From: Pseudomonas aeruginosa
GTDB lineage: Bacteria; Pseudomonadota; Gammaproteobacteria; Pseudomonadales; Pseudomonadaceae
DNA: 32,000 nucleotides
Reading direction: 5' to 3'
Assembly: GCF_001457615.1 (NCBI RefSeq)
Contig: NZ_LN831024.1
Span: forward strand, 2,040,001-2,072,000
In this document: positions 9,698-19,127 of the stretch, piece after piece
Layout: each line of letters begins with the position of its first letter
How positions within the stretch are numbered: position 1 is the stretch's first letter
The notes under the pieces: generated by a model
What the model was told of the DNA's origin: nothing
Database searches by the model: none
The model's input: the letters and a program-made list of their open reading frames with translations, nothing else
Made by a program: the position numbers and the translations under genes

Positions 9698-9823
9698 GTT
9701 AATCGCCTGCGGCTGCTTTGCCCGTGCCCGCACTGCCAGGGATTCGACGTTGCCACCGGAAACCGCATCCATGCTTCCGACCTGCCGCTTCGGTCGGTAT
9801 CGACCCTGCCGCGTAGGCTGGGC

Positions 9824-12670
9824 ATGCGGTTCAGCAAGAAAGGAATCGCCGTGCTGCGTCTGCCGTCCCGCCGTAACACCCTTCGACCCATCGAGCGCCC
9901 GCTCGCCTGGCTTGCCGGCCTGGCGCTGGCGCTTTGTGCCGGCACTGCCGCAGGGGCTGCCGGCGGGCCGTCCAGCGTGGCGTTCTGGTACGCCGAGCGG
10001 CCGCCGCTGGCCGAGCTTTCCCAGTTCGACTGGGTGGTGCTCGAAGCGGCGCACCTCAAGCCGGCTGATGTCGGGTATCTGAAAGAGCAGGGCAGCACGC
10101 CCTTCGCCTATCTGTCGGTCGGCGAGTTCGACGGCGACGCCGCCGCCATCGCCGACAGCGGCCTGGCCCGGGGCAAGAGCGCGGTCCGCAACCAAGCCTG
10201 GAACAGCCAGGTAATGGACCTCGCCGCGCCGAGCTGGCGGGCGCACCTGCTCAAGCGCGCCGCGGAGCTGCGCAAACAGGGCTACGCCGGCCTGTTCCTC
10301 GATACCCTGGACAGCTTCCAGCTACAGGCCGAGGAGCGCCGCGAGGGCCAGCGCCGGGCGCTGGCCAGTTTCCTCGCCCAGCTGCATCGCCAGGAGCCGG
10401 GCCTCAAGCTGTTTTTCAATCGCGGTTTCGAAGTGCTGCCGGAGTTGCCCGGCGTCGCGTCGGCGGTGGCCGTGGAGTCGATCCATGCCGGTTGGGACGC
10501 CGCTGCCGGGCAATACCGCGAGGTGCCCCAGGACGATCGCGATTGGCTGAAGGGTCACCTGGATGCCCTGCGCGCCCAGGGCATGCCCATCGTCGCCATC
10601 GACTACCTGCCGCCGGAGCGGCGCGACGAGGCGCGCGCGCTCGCTGCGCGCCTGCGTAGCGAAGGCTACGTGCCGTTCGTCAGCACCCCGGCGCTGGACT
10701 ACCTGGGGGTGAGCGACGTCGAGGTGCAACCGCGGCGCATCGCGCTGCTCTACGATCCGCGCGAGGGCGACCTGACCCTGAGCCCCGGCCACGTCTACCT
10801 CGGCGGCCTGCTCGAATACCTCGGTTATCGGGTCGACTACCTGCCCACCGACCAGCCGCTGCCCGAACGTCCGCTGAGCGGTATCTACGCGGGGGTAGTC
10901 ACCTGGATGACCAGTGGACCGCCGCTGGCCAGCGACGCCTTCGACAACTGGATCGCTGCGCGTCTCGACGAAAAGGTGCCGGTGGCGTTCCTCGCCGGCC
11001 TGCCCACAGAGAACGACGGCCTGTTGCAGCGCCTGGGTATTCGCCGGCTGTCGCAGAAGCTCAAGGTCAAGCCGAGCACCGAGACCCACGACCAGGCGCT
11101 GCTGGGCGCCTTCGAAGCGCCGCTGGTGATCCGGGTCCGCGACCTGCCGGCGCTCACCGTACTCGACCCGGCGCGGGTGGCCCCGGCGCTCAAGCTCAAG
11201 GGCGACGGCAAGGAGTACGTGCCGGTGGCGACCGCCGACTGGGGCGGCTTCGCCCTGGCGCCCTATGTGCTGGAGGAGGGTAGCGAGCACCGGCGCTGGA
11301 TCCTCGATCCGTTCGCCTTCCTGCGCAAGGCCTTGCGCCTTGCGCCGCTGCCGAGTCCCGACGCGACCACCGAGAATGGCCGGCGCATCGCCACCGTGCA
11401 CATCGATGGCGACGGCTTCGTCTCCCGTGCCGAGGTGCCCGGCAGTCCCTATGCCGGCCAGCAGGTGCTGGAGGACTTCATCAAGCCCTATCCGTTCCTC
11501 ACCTCGGTCTCGGTGATCGAAGGCGAGGTCGGGCCGAAGGGCATGTACCCGCACCTGGCCAGGGAGCTGGAGCCGATCGCCCGGCGCATCTTCGCCGACG
11601 ACAAGGTCGAGGTCGCCAGCCATACCTTCAGCCATCCGTTCTTCTGGCAGCCGCAACTGGCCGAGCAGGGCGAGAACTTCGAGGCCCAGTATGGCTACAA
11701 GATGGCCATCCCGGGCTACGACAAGGTCGACTTCGTACGCGAGGTGATCGGCGCCCGCGACTACATCGAGCAGCGCCTGACCACCCCGCGGAAGCCGGTC
11801 AAGATGATCTTCTGGTCCGGCGACGCGCTGCCCGACGCCGCCACCATCAAGCTCGCCTACGACGCCGGGCTGATGAACGTCAACGGCGGCAATACCGCGC
11901 TGACCCGGGCCTTTCCCTCGCTGACCGGACTCTACCCGCTGATCCGGCCCACCCGCGGCGGCGTGCAGTACTACGCGCCGATCATCAACGAGAACGTCTA
12001 CACCAATCTCTGGCAGGGGCCGTACTACGGCTTCCGCGGCGTCATCGATACCTTCGCCCTGACCGACAGCCCGCGCCGCCTGCGCGGCCTGCACCTGTAC
12101 TACCACTTCTATTCGGGGACCAAGCAGGCCTCGATCCGCACCATGCACCAGATCTACGCGGCGATGCAGGCGGAGCATCCGTTGTCGCTGTGGATGAGCG
12201 ACTACATCCCGCGCCTGGAAGGCCTGCATCGCGCCAGCCTGGCCAAGCGTGCCGATGGCAGCTGGCAGTTGCGCGGCTTCGCCGCCTTGCGCACGGTGCG
12301 CCTGGACCCGGCGCTGGGTTGGCCGGACCTCGCTCGCTCCACGGGAGTCGCGGGCGTGCGCGACCTGCCCCAGGGGCGCTATGTACACCTGAGTGCGGCG
12401 AATGCGCGCCTGGTCCTGCGCGACAGCCGCGATCCGCGGCCGGCGCTGGAGGAGGCCAACCTGCCGCTGAAGCACTGGCGCTACCGCGACGATGGCCGCG
12501 TCGAGTTCGCCTTCGCCGGGCACCTGCCATTGCGCCTGGTGGTGCGCGCGGCGGGCGATTGCCGGCTGAGCGCGGCCGGCAAGGCCTTCCCGGGAAAGGC
12601 CGGCAACGGCCTGTGGACGTTCGAGTTGCCGATGGAGCAGGTGCGCGATGGCCAACTCGTCTGCCGCTGA
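9824..12670 (+). CDS. pelA: PelA, periplasmic Pel polysaccharide hydrolase/deacetylase (948 aa)
   Basis: Track ORF of 948 aa with an ATG start. It has a signal-like N-terminus (LAWLAGLALALCAGTAAGAAG). The length and sequence are recognised as PelA. It is the first gene of a seven-gene cluster with the canonical pel order and overlaps pelB by 23 nt. Confidence 0.95.
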   Translation: MRFSKKGIAVLRLPSRRNTLRPIERPLAWLAGLALALCAGTAAGAAGGPSSVAFWYAERPPLAELSQFDWVVLEAAHLKPADVGYLKEQGSTPFAYLSVGEFDGDAAAIADSGLARGKSAVRNQAWNSQVMDLAAPSWRAHLLKRAAELRKQGYAGLFLDTLDSFQLQAEERREGQRRALASFLAQLHRQEPGLKLFFNRGFEVLPELPGVASAVAVESIHAGWDAAAGQYREVPQDDRDWLKGHLDALRAQGMPIVAIDYLPPERRDEARALAARLRSEGYVPFVSTPALDYLGVSDVEVQPRRIALLYDPREGDLTLSPGHVYLGGLLEYLGYRVDYLPTDQPLPERPLSGIYAGVVTWMTSGPPLASDAFDNWIAARLDEKVPVAFLAGLPTENDGLLQRLGIRRLSQKLKVKPSTETHDQALLGAFEAPLVIRVRDLPALTVLDPARVAPALKLKGDGKEYVPVATADWGGFALAPYVLEEGSEHRRWILDPFAFLRKALRLAPLPSPDATTENGRRIATVHIDGDGFVSRAEVPGSPYAGQQVLEDFIKPYPFLTSVSVIEGEVGPKGMYPHLARELEPIARRIFADDKVEVASHTFSHPFFWQPQLAEQGENFEAQYGYKMAIPGYDKVDFVREVIGARDYIEQRLTTPRKPVKMIFWSGDALPDAATIKLAYDAGLMNVNGGNTALTRAFPSLTGLYPLIRPTRGGVQYYAPIINENVYTNLWQGPYYGFRGVIDTFALTDSPRRLRGLHLYYHFYSGTKQASIRTMHQIYAAMQAEHPLSLWMSDYIPRLEGLHRASLAKRADGSWQLRGFAALRTVRLDPALGWPDLARSTGVAGVRDLPQGRYVHLSAANARLVLRDSRDPRPALEEANLPLKHWRYRDDGRVEFAFAGHLPLRLVVRAAGDCRLSAAGKAFPGKAGNGLWTFELPMEQVRDGQLVCR

Positions 12671-15600
12671 CAAGCATCCCAAGGCGCGCCTGCTGAATCC
12701 CTGGGCCCTGCTGCCGGTCGCTCTCGGGGTGGCGCTGGTGCTGTGGCTGACCTTCAACAGCGAAGAGGTATTCATGCCCAGCGGCGATGGCGAGCCCGAC
12801 GCGGTCTCGGTGAACTACGCCGAACTGCTGTTGCAGGCGCACCCGGAGAACGACGCGCTGCGCCTGACCCTGATCGACCTGCTGGTCAAGCTCGGCGACT
12901 TCGAGCAGGCGCGTCATCACCTCGCCCGTCTGCGCGGCAAGGACCGCCTGGCAACGCCGTTCTACGAGGTGGAACTGGACATCCTTGGCGCCCTGGCCAG
13001 GCCCGAGGGCATGGATGAGGAGCAGACGCGCCGATTGCTGGAGCGCCTGCGCAAGATCGAGCATGTTTCGTTGAACGACGCCATGCTCGAACGACTTGCC
13101 CGTCATGCCCTGGCCCTGGACGCGCCGGACCTGGCGGCGCGGACCTTTGCCGAACTGGCCGGCCGCGACCCGCAGGGCCGGCAGCGCTGGCTGGACGAGG
13201 CGGCGCGCTGGTACCTGGCTTCCGGCGAGCCGCTGCCGGCGGCGGACATCCAGCGGCAACTGGCCGAAGCGCAAACCGAGCCGGCGAAGCGCCTGGCCTA
13301 TCTGCGCCAGGCCTTCGCCAGCCTGCTCGCTGGCGAGCGCGGCGAACAGGCGGCGTTGTTGCTGGACGAGCGGCTGGACGCCTTGCCGGAGGATGAATCG
13401 ACCCTGGCCTGGCTCGCCGAGGGCGTACGCGCCGCCGAAGGCAGCCAGCGCTACGACCTGGCCGAACGCTTCATCCGGCGCTGGCGCGAATTGCGCCCCG
13501 AGGACCATGAGGCGCTGGCCGCCGACCTGCGCCTGAACATGGCCGCCGGGCGGATCGAGCGGGCCTGGGAGGTCGGCCAGGAGCTGCTGGCCCTGCGCCC
13601 GGAGGACAGGACGCTGCTGGCCGATCTCGCGCGCCTTGGCGAATGGACCGGCAACGGCCCGCGGGCGCTGGGCCTGTGGAAGCAACTGCTGGCCGGCGCC
13701 GATGACCCGGCCCTGCGCGAGCATGCCTGGCGCCTGTCGCTGCAGATGTTCGATTTCGACAGCGCCATCGAGCTGCTGGCGCCCATCGGTGCGCAGCGAC
13801 AGATGACCGACGAGGAACTCGATGCGCTGGTCTACAGCCATGAAACCCGCGGCACGCCGGAAGAGGGCGAGGCATGGCTGCGCGGCTACGTGCAGCGTTA
13901 TCCGAAACAGCGCCTGGCCTGGCAGCGCTTGCAACAGATTCTCGAACACACCCAGCAGTTGCAGGAAGAGACCGGGGTCTGGGCGCGGATGGCCCGGCAT
14001 TTCCCGCTGAGTGTCAAGGAACGCATGCAGTGGGCGGAAACCCACTGGAACCTGTTCGATCCGCGCCAGGCCTGGAAGGTCCTCGCCGGCGTGGATACCC
14101 GCGCGATCCGCGAGCCGGAGTTCTGGCGCCTGCGCGCGGCGCTGGCCTGGGCCCTGGAGCAGGACGACGATGCCCGCGCCGCCTACGAGCGCATGCTGGC
14201 CCTGGACATCCGCCTGAACAGCAGCGACGAGGACCAGTTGATCGCCCTGTACCGGGACAGCAATCCGAAGCAGGCCTTGCAGGTGCTTATCGGCAGTTGG
14301 CAGCGCAGCCGCGATCCGCGGCGCCTGGCCCGCGCCCTGCAACTGGCGGAGAACCTCCACGACTGGCCGGCCCTGAAGAGCCTGCTGGCCGAGGCCGAAG
14401 GCCTGCCGGAAGCGCAGGGCAGCCCCTATTACTGGGTGGCCAGGGCGCGGCTGGCGGAACAGGAAGGCCATGGCGACGTCGCCGAGCGTCTGTACCGGGA
14501 AGCCTTGGTGCGTTTCCCCGGCGAGAACCTGGTGCGCGAACGCCTGCTCTGGTTCTACATCGACCGTGGCCGTCGCGACAGCCTGGCGCCCCTGTTGGCG
14601 CAGTGGCATGGCCTGGCGCTGCGGGACAGCACGCTGTGGCTGCCGTTCGCCAGCGCCAGCCTGCTGCTCGAGCGTAACGACCAGGCGCTGGCCTGGTTCC
14701 GCCTGTACCTCAAGTCCAATCCCAACGACTGGCTGGTGCAGGCCGCCTACGCCGACGCACTGGATGCCAGCGGCTACCAGGACAAGGCACTGCGCCTGCG
14801 CCGACTACTGCTCCGGCGGCTCGACCGCGAGGCGGTCAGGGCCACCCCGGACAGCTTCGCCGCCTACCTGCGCCTGCTCGCCGTGGCCCAGGGGCCGCTG
14901 CTCGCCCAGGGCGAGGCGCGGCGGGCCTGGAATGGCGAGCCGGCGATGCTGCAGCTGTGGTTCGAGCAGTTCCTCGACCAGCTCGCCGCCACCAACCAGG
15001 AGCCGCTGAAGGATGACTGGCTGGCCTGGGCGCGCGGCCGGGGCCTGAAGATCGGGCGCAACGAAGAGATCCAGGCCGCCCTGCGCAGCCAGAATCGCGC
15101 CGCCCTGCAACGCCTGCTGGAGCGCGGCGAGCTGGATCCGGCGCAGCGGGTCGAGGCGCTGGTGCGTCTCGGCCATGGCGGCGAAGCGCTGGGCGAGGCC
15201 CTGGGCGCACTGGGCGACGGCCACTCGCGCGACAACCGCGAGCAGCTGCGGCGGCAGGCGGCGGAAATCCTCGAACGCACTCCCCAGGGCCTGCAACTGG
15301 GTTGGAACAAGCGCGACTTCGGCGGTCTCGACTTCAAGGGGCCGACGCTGCGCGCGGCGCGCCACCTCGGCGACGACTGGTACGCCGATCTCGAACTGGG
15401 CAGTGGCCGCTATCACGGCGATGCGCTGGATAGCTCGCTCCTCGGTAGCGAACGCAACGCCAGGCTGACGTTGCGGCGCGAACTGGCCGATGGCTTCGCC
15501 GCGGCGACGCTCGATGGCAGCTGGCGCGACGACGAGGACCGCCACGGTCTGGGGGTGCTGCGCAATTGGCGGCTGAGCTCGCGCGACGAACTGGAAGCGG

Positions 15601-16229
15601 GCCTCGATTGGCACCGCGAGACCGACGAGACCGGCCTGATGCGAGCCCTCGGCATGCGCGACAGCCTACGGCTCGGCGGCCGCCACACCCTCAGCGGGCG
15701 CGACCAGTTGAGCTGGTCGCTGGCGCACAACCGCTTCTCTACCCGCCAGGGCGACGACCTCGGCAACGGCGAGGCGCTGTCCCTGGAATGGGCCCACACA
15801 CTGTTCTTCGACGGCCCGGCCTGGCAACTGCGCGGCGGCATCGACTACCAGCGCAATCGCCTGGAGAACCGCGTGCCGGACGACCTGCTGGCGGCCCATG
15901 GCGGTGCGCTGGCGCTCGATGGCGCGCGCAGCCAGGACCTGCTGCAGGACCGCTATGGCCAGGTCTACCTCGGCAGCACCTGGCGCCGTGGCTTCCCTGG
16001 CGCGCTGAACCGCAGCCGTCCGCAATACACCTGGATCGTCGACACCCTGGCCGGCTGGCAGTGGACAGAGAAGGAGTTCAACTACGGCATCGATCTCGGC
16101 ATCGGCATGGAGCTGCTGGGCGACGACGAACTGGCGTTCACCTTCGGCTACCAGTCGGCTCCCCAGGGCGGTGGCGGCGATGCCGGCGGCACGCTCGGGG
16201 TGACCTACAGCACGCGCTTCGGCCGCTGA
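12648..16229 (+). CDS. pelB: PelB, TPR-rich scaffold plus outer-membrane porin for Pel export (1193 aa)
   Basis: Track ORF of 1193 aa with an ATG at 12648 and GGAG upstream. It has an N-terminal TM helix (LLNPWALLPVALGVALVLWLTF), a long Leu/Ala/Arg-rich helical-repeat (TPR-like) region, and a Gly/Tyr/Trp-rich beta-type C-terminal third. Length and position match PelB. Confidence 0.95.
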   Translation: MANSSAADKHPKARLLNPWALLPVALGVALVLWLTFNSEEVFMPSGDGEPDAVSVNYAELLLQAHPENDALRLTLIDLLVKLGDFEQARHHLARLRGKDRLATPFYEVELDILGALARPEGMDEEQTRRLLERLRKIEHVSLNDAMLERLARHALALDAPDLAARTFAELAGRDPQGRQRWLDEAARWYLASGEPLPAADIQRQLAEAQTEPAKRLAYLRQAFASLLAGERGEQAALLLDERLDALPEDESTLAWLAEGVRAAEGSQRYDLAERFIRRWRELRPEDHEALAADLRLNMAAGRIERAWEVGQELLALRPEDRTLLADLARLGEWTGNGPRALGLWKQLLAGADDPALREHAWRLSLQMFDFDSAIELLAPIGAQRQMTDEELDALVYSHETRGTPEEGEAWLRGYVQRYPKQRLAWQRLQQILEHTQQLQEETGVWARMARHFPLSVKERMQWAETHWNLFDPRQAWKVLAGVDTRAIREPEFWRLRAALAWALEQDDDARAAYERMLALDIRLNSSDEDQLIALYRDSNPKQALQVLIGSWQRSRDPRRLARALQLAENLHDWPALKSLLAEAEGLPEAQGSPYYWVARARLAEQEGHGDVAERLYREALVRFPGENLVRERLLWFYIDRGRRDSLAPLLAQWHGLALRDSTLWLPFASASLLLERNDQALAWFRLYLKSNPNDWLVQAAYADALDASGYQDKALRLRRLLLRRLDREAVRATPDSFAAYLRLLAVAQGPLLAQGEARRAWNGEPAMLQLWFEQFLDQLAATNQEPLKDDWLAWARGRGLKIGRNEEIQAALRSQNRAALQRLLERGELDPAQRVEALVRLGHGGEALGEALGALGDGHSRDNREQLRRQAAEILERTPQGLQLGWNKRDFGGLDFKGPTLRAARHLGDDWYADLELGSGRYHGDALDSSLLGSERNARLTLRRELADGFAAATLDGSWRDDEDRHGLGVLRNWRLSSRDELEAGLDWHRETDETGLMRALGMRDSLRLGGRHTLSGRDQLSWSLAHNRFSTRQGDDLGNGEALSLEWAHTLFFDGPAWQLRGGIDYQRNRLENRVPDDLLAAHGGALALDGARSQDLLQDRYGQVYLGSTWRRGFPGALNRSRPQYTWIVDTLAGWQWTEKEFNYGIDLGIGMELLGDDELAFTFGYQSAPQGGGGDAGGTLGVTYSTRFGR

Positions 16230-16268
16230 ACGCGGCCCGGATACGGAACTCAACAGGAGGAACACAAC

Positions 16269-16787
16269 ATGCAATCCATCCGCTGCCTGGCTCTCGCGGC
16301 CGTCGCCCTGTTCATGGCGGGCTGCTCCAGCTTCACCAGCGAAAGCGCTACGCCGCTGGCGCGCGGCGCGCAGTGGGGCCTGGTGCCGCTGCTCAATTAT
16401 TCCCAGGCGCCGCAGGCCGGCGAGCGTGCCGAGCAGATCCTGCTCAGCGTGCTGGCCGAGGAGGGCGTGCGGCCGCGCCTGTACCCGGCGCAGCCGCAAG
16501 GCGACCTGCAACTGGTCGACGACCGCGAGCGCCAGCAGCGCGCCCTGGACTGGGCACGCCAGCAGAAGCTGGCCTACGTGGTCACCGGCAGCGTCGAGGA
16601 GTGGCAGTACAAGAACGGCCTCGACGGCGAGCCGGCGGTGGGCGTCAGCCTGCAGGTGCTGGAGCCGGCCTCCGGGCGGGTGCTCTGGAGCACCAGCGGG
16701 GCGCGCGCCGGCTGGTCCCGGGAAAGCCTGGCGGGCGCCGCGCAGAAAGTCCTGCGCGAGCTGGTCGGCGACCTGCGGCTCGAGTGA
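16269..16787 (+). CDS. pelC: PelC, outer-membrane lipoprotein (172 aa)
   Basis: Track ORF of 172 aa. A strong RBS, AGGAGG, lies 8 nt upstream of the ATG. The signal peptide has a lipobox, LFMAG|CSS. Size and position match PelC. Confidence 0.95.
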   Translation: MQSIRCLALAAVALFMAGCSSFTSESATPLARGAQWGLVPLLNYSQAPQAGERAEQILLSVLAEEGVRPRLYPAQPQGDLQLVDDRERQQRALDWARQQKLAYVVTGSVEEWQYKNGLDGEPAVGVSLQVLEPASGRVLWSTSGARAGWSRESLAGAAQKVLRELVGDLRLE

Positions 16788-16792
16788 CGGCG

Positions 16793-18160
16793 ATGTCCGC
16801 GCACAAGGATTTCGCCCTCGCACCGCGCGCCAGCGGCAGCGTCTCCTGGGTCGAGACTCTGGTCATCAGCGCACTCGCGCTGGGCCTGGGCTGGTGGTTC
16901 TGCCCGGACGACCCGCTGCAGGTCAACGCCACCTTTCCCTGGGTGATCCTCGCGCCCCTGTTGCTGGGCATGCGCTACGGCTTCGTCCGCGGGTTGGCCA
17001 GCGCGGCGCTGCTGGTGGCGGCGCTGTTCGCGTTTCGCGTCCAGGGCGTCGAGGCCTATGCCCAGGTACCGGCGGCCTTCATCGTCGGCGTGCTGCTCTG
17101 CGCCATGTTGGTGGGCGAGTTCCGCGACATCTGGGAACGCCGCCTGGAGCGCCTGGAGCTGGCGAACGAGTACCGTCAGTTGCGCCTCGACGAATTCACC
17201 CGCGCCCATCACATCCTGCGCATCTCCCACGATCGCCTGGAACAGCGGGTCGCCGGCAACGACCAGAGCCTGCGCAGTTCGCTGCTCGGTCTGCGACAAC
17301 TGCTGCGCGAGCTGCCGGGCGATGAGGCACCGCTCGATGCGCTGGCGGAAACCGTGCTGACGCTGCTGGCCCAGTACGGTTCGCTGCGCATCGCCGGACT
17401 CTACCGGGTGCGCCACGACCGCACCCCGGAGCCGCAACCCTTGGCGACGCTCGGCGAGATGCCGGCGCTGGACGCCGACGATCTGCTGGTGCGCACCTGC
17501 CTGGAGCGCGGCGAACTGGTCAGCGTGCGCCAGGAACTGCTGGAGCGTGGCGAGCAGCGTGCGCACAGCGCGCTGCAGGTGTGCGTGCCGCTGGTCGACA
17601 CCGATGGGCGGATCCTTGCCCTGCTGGCGGTGGAGCAGATGCCGTTCTTCGTCTTCAACGAACGTACCTTCAGCCTGCTGGCGATCCTCGCCGGGCACAT
17701 CGCCGACTTGCTGCAGAGCGACCGTCGCGCACTGCAACTGGCCGACATCGACGCCCAGCGCTTCTCCCAGTACCTCAAGCGCTCCCTGCTGGACGCCCGC
17801 GACCATGGATTGCCGGCCTGCCTGTATGCCTTCGAGTTGACCGATGCGCGCTACGGCGAAGAGGTCCAGCGTCTGCTGGAAGGCAGCCAGCGTGGCCTCG
17901 ACGTGCAGTTGCGACTGCGCAACGACGAGGGCCGGCGGGTCCTGCTGGTGTTGTTGCCGCTGACTTCCGCCGAAGGCTCCCAGGGGTATCTGCAGCGCCT
18001 GAGGATTCTCTTCGCCGAACGCTTCGGCCAGGCCCGCGAGCTGGAGTCGCTGGGCGTGCGCATCCGCCAGTACGAACTGGACGCCGGCAACGATCGGCAG
18101 GCGCTGGGACATTTCCTTTTCAACGAGTGCGGCCTGAATGATCAGCAAGTGGCTGTTTAG
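16793..18160 (+). CDS. pelD: PelD, inner-membrane c-di-GMP receptor (455 aa)
   Basis: ATG at 16793 (MSAHKDFALAP...) within the 864-aa track ORF 15566-18160, 5 nt after the pelC stop. It has N-terminal TM helices and a C-terminal degenerate GGDEF motif, RNDEG (17918-17932), with an RxxD I-site, RGLD (17891-17902), exactly 5 residues upstream. Confidence 0.95.
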   Translation: MSAHKDFALAPRASGSVSWVETLVISALALGLGWWFCPDDPLQVNATFPWVILAPLLLGMRYGFVRGLASAALLVAALFAFRVQGVEAYAQVPAAFIVGVLLCAMLVGEFRDIWERRLERLELANEYRQLRLDEFTRAHHILRISHDRLEQRVAGNDQSLRSSLLGLRQLLRELPGDEAPLDALAETVLTLLAQYGSLRIAGLYRVRHDRTPEPQPLATLGEMPALDADDLLVRTCLERGELVSVRQELLERGEQRAHSALQVCVPLVDTDGRILALLAVEQMPFFVFNERTFSLLAILAGHIADLLQSDRRALQLADIDAQRFSQYLKRSLLDARDHGLPACLYAFELTDARYGEEVQRLLEGSQRGLDVQLRLRNDEGRRVLLVLLPLTSAEGSQGYLQRLRILFAERFGQARELESLGVRIRQYELDAGNDRQALGHFLFNECGLNDQQVAV

Positions 18161-19127
18161 CGGCGCCTTCCTGTTCGAGCTGAGCAGTTGGGCGAGCGTC
18201 TTCGCCGACCTGCCGTTCGGCCAGGCGCTGGCGCTCTACCTGTTCGCCCACGGCCTGGGCAGCGCGCTGCTGTGCGTCGGCGTATGGCTGCTGCTGCCGC
18301 GGCGCTACAAGTTCCCGCTGCCGTGGAGCCCGCTGTTCCTCTTCAGCCTGGCCTTCTTCGTGCCGCTGATCGGAGCGGTCGGCGTCGCTGCGGCGGTATT
18401 CCCGGCGCTGTACCTGCCGCGCCAGCGTGGCGAGCAGGCCTGGCAGGCGATGGGCGTCCCCGAGCTGCCGTTCCGGCCGAAGGAAAAGCGCCTCGACATG
18501 ATGTTCAGCGACGGCGGTCTGCAGGACGTCCTGCGCCATGCGCCGGACCCGAACCAGCGGCTCACGGCGATCTTCGCCACCCGGCGGATGCCCGGCAAGG
18601 AGGCGATCCCGATCCTCAAGCTGGCCCTGCGCGACCCCGCCGACGACGTCCGCCTGCTGGCCTACTCGATGCTCGACCAGAAGGAAAGCCGGATCAACCA
18701 GCGCATCGAGGCCGCCCTCGGCCGCCTCGCCGGCGCCACGCCGGCGCGACGCGGCGCGCTGCACGGAACCCTGGCGCGCTGGTACTGGGAACTGGCCTAC
18801 CTGGGGTTGGCCCAGGGCAGCGTGCTGGAGCACATCCTCGAGCAGGCGCGCGAGCATACCGACCAGGCGCTGCGCGGCGCACCCTCGGCCGACCTGCATC
18901 TGCTGGCCGGGCGCATCGCCCTCGAACAAGGCCGCCTGGAGGATGCCGGACGCGCCCTCCAGGCCGCCGAGGAGGCGGGAATCGATAGCGCCCAGCTGGC
19001 GCCGTTCCGCGCCGAGGTGGCGTTCTTCCAGCGGCGCTACCGGGACATCCCCCGGCTTCTCGCCGGAATGCCCGACGACATGCTGCAACGGCCGCCCTTC
19101 GCGGCCCTGGCGAGATACTGGACATGA
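18138..19127 (+). CDS. pelE: PelE, inner-membrane TPR-like protein (329 aa)
   Basis: Track ORF of 329 aa with an ATG start. It has N-terminal TM helices and then helical repeats. It overlaps pelD by 23 nt and pelF through an ATGA junction. Confidence 0.93.
   Translation: MISKWLFSGAFLFELSSWASVFADLPFGQALALYLFAHGLGSALLCVGVWLLLPRRYKFPLPWSPLFLFSLAFFVPLIGAVGVAAAVFPALYLPRQRGEQAWQAMGVPELPFRPKEKRLDMMFSDGGLQDVLRHAPDPNQRLTAIFATRRMPGKEAIPILKLALRDPADDVRLLAYSMLDQKESRINQRIEAALGRLAGATPARRGALHGTLARWYWELAYLGLAQGSVLEHILEQAREHTDQALRGAPSADLHLLAGRIALEQGRLEDAGRALQAAEEAGIDSAQLAPFRAEVAFFQRRYRDIPRLLAGMPDDMLQRPPFAALARYWT

Noticed and set aside
10322-14609. Long minus-strand ORFs opposite pelA (10322-12775, 817 aa) and pelB (12042-14609, 855 aa).
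   Set aside because: Each shares codon boundaries with the sense gene (start residues mod 3 match the codon-aligned antisense phase), so stops require rare sense TTA/CTA/TCA codons. The products are Arg/Ala/Gly/Gln-rich and low in complexity. They are shadow ORFs caused by GC3 bias.
12648-16229. Possible DNA-level repeat array inside pelB, suggested by recurring Leu/Ala/Arg/Trp patterns.
   Set aside because: The repeats are protein-level TPR-like helices with no nucleotide periodicity. There is no CRISPR-like or tandem DNA repeat structure.
15566-16792. Upstream part of the 864-aa ORF in the pelD frame, overlapping the pelB 3' end and all of pelC.
   Set aside because: The frame is open by chance and gives Arg/Pro/Gly-rich junk. 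The region is already occupied by pelB and pelC, which have strong signals. PelD at 455 aa starts at ATG 16793, directly after the pelC stop.
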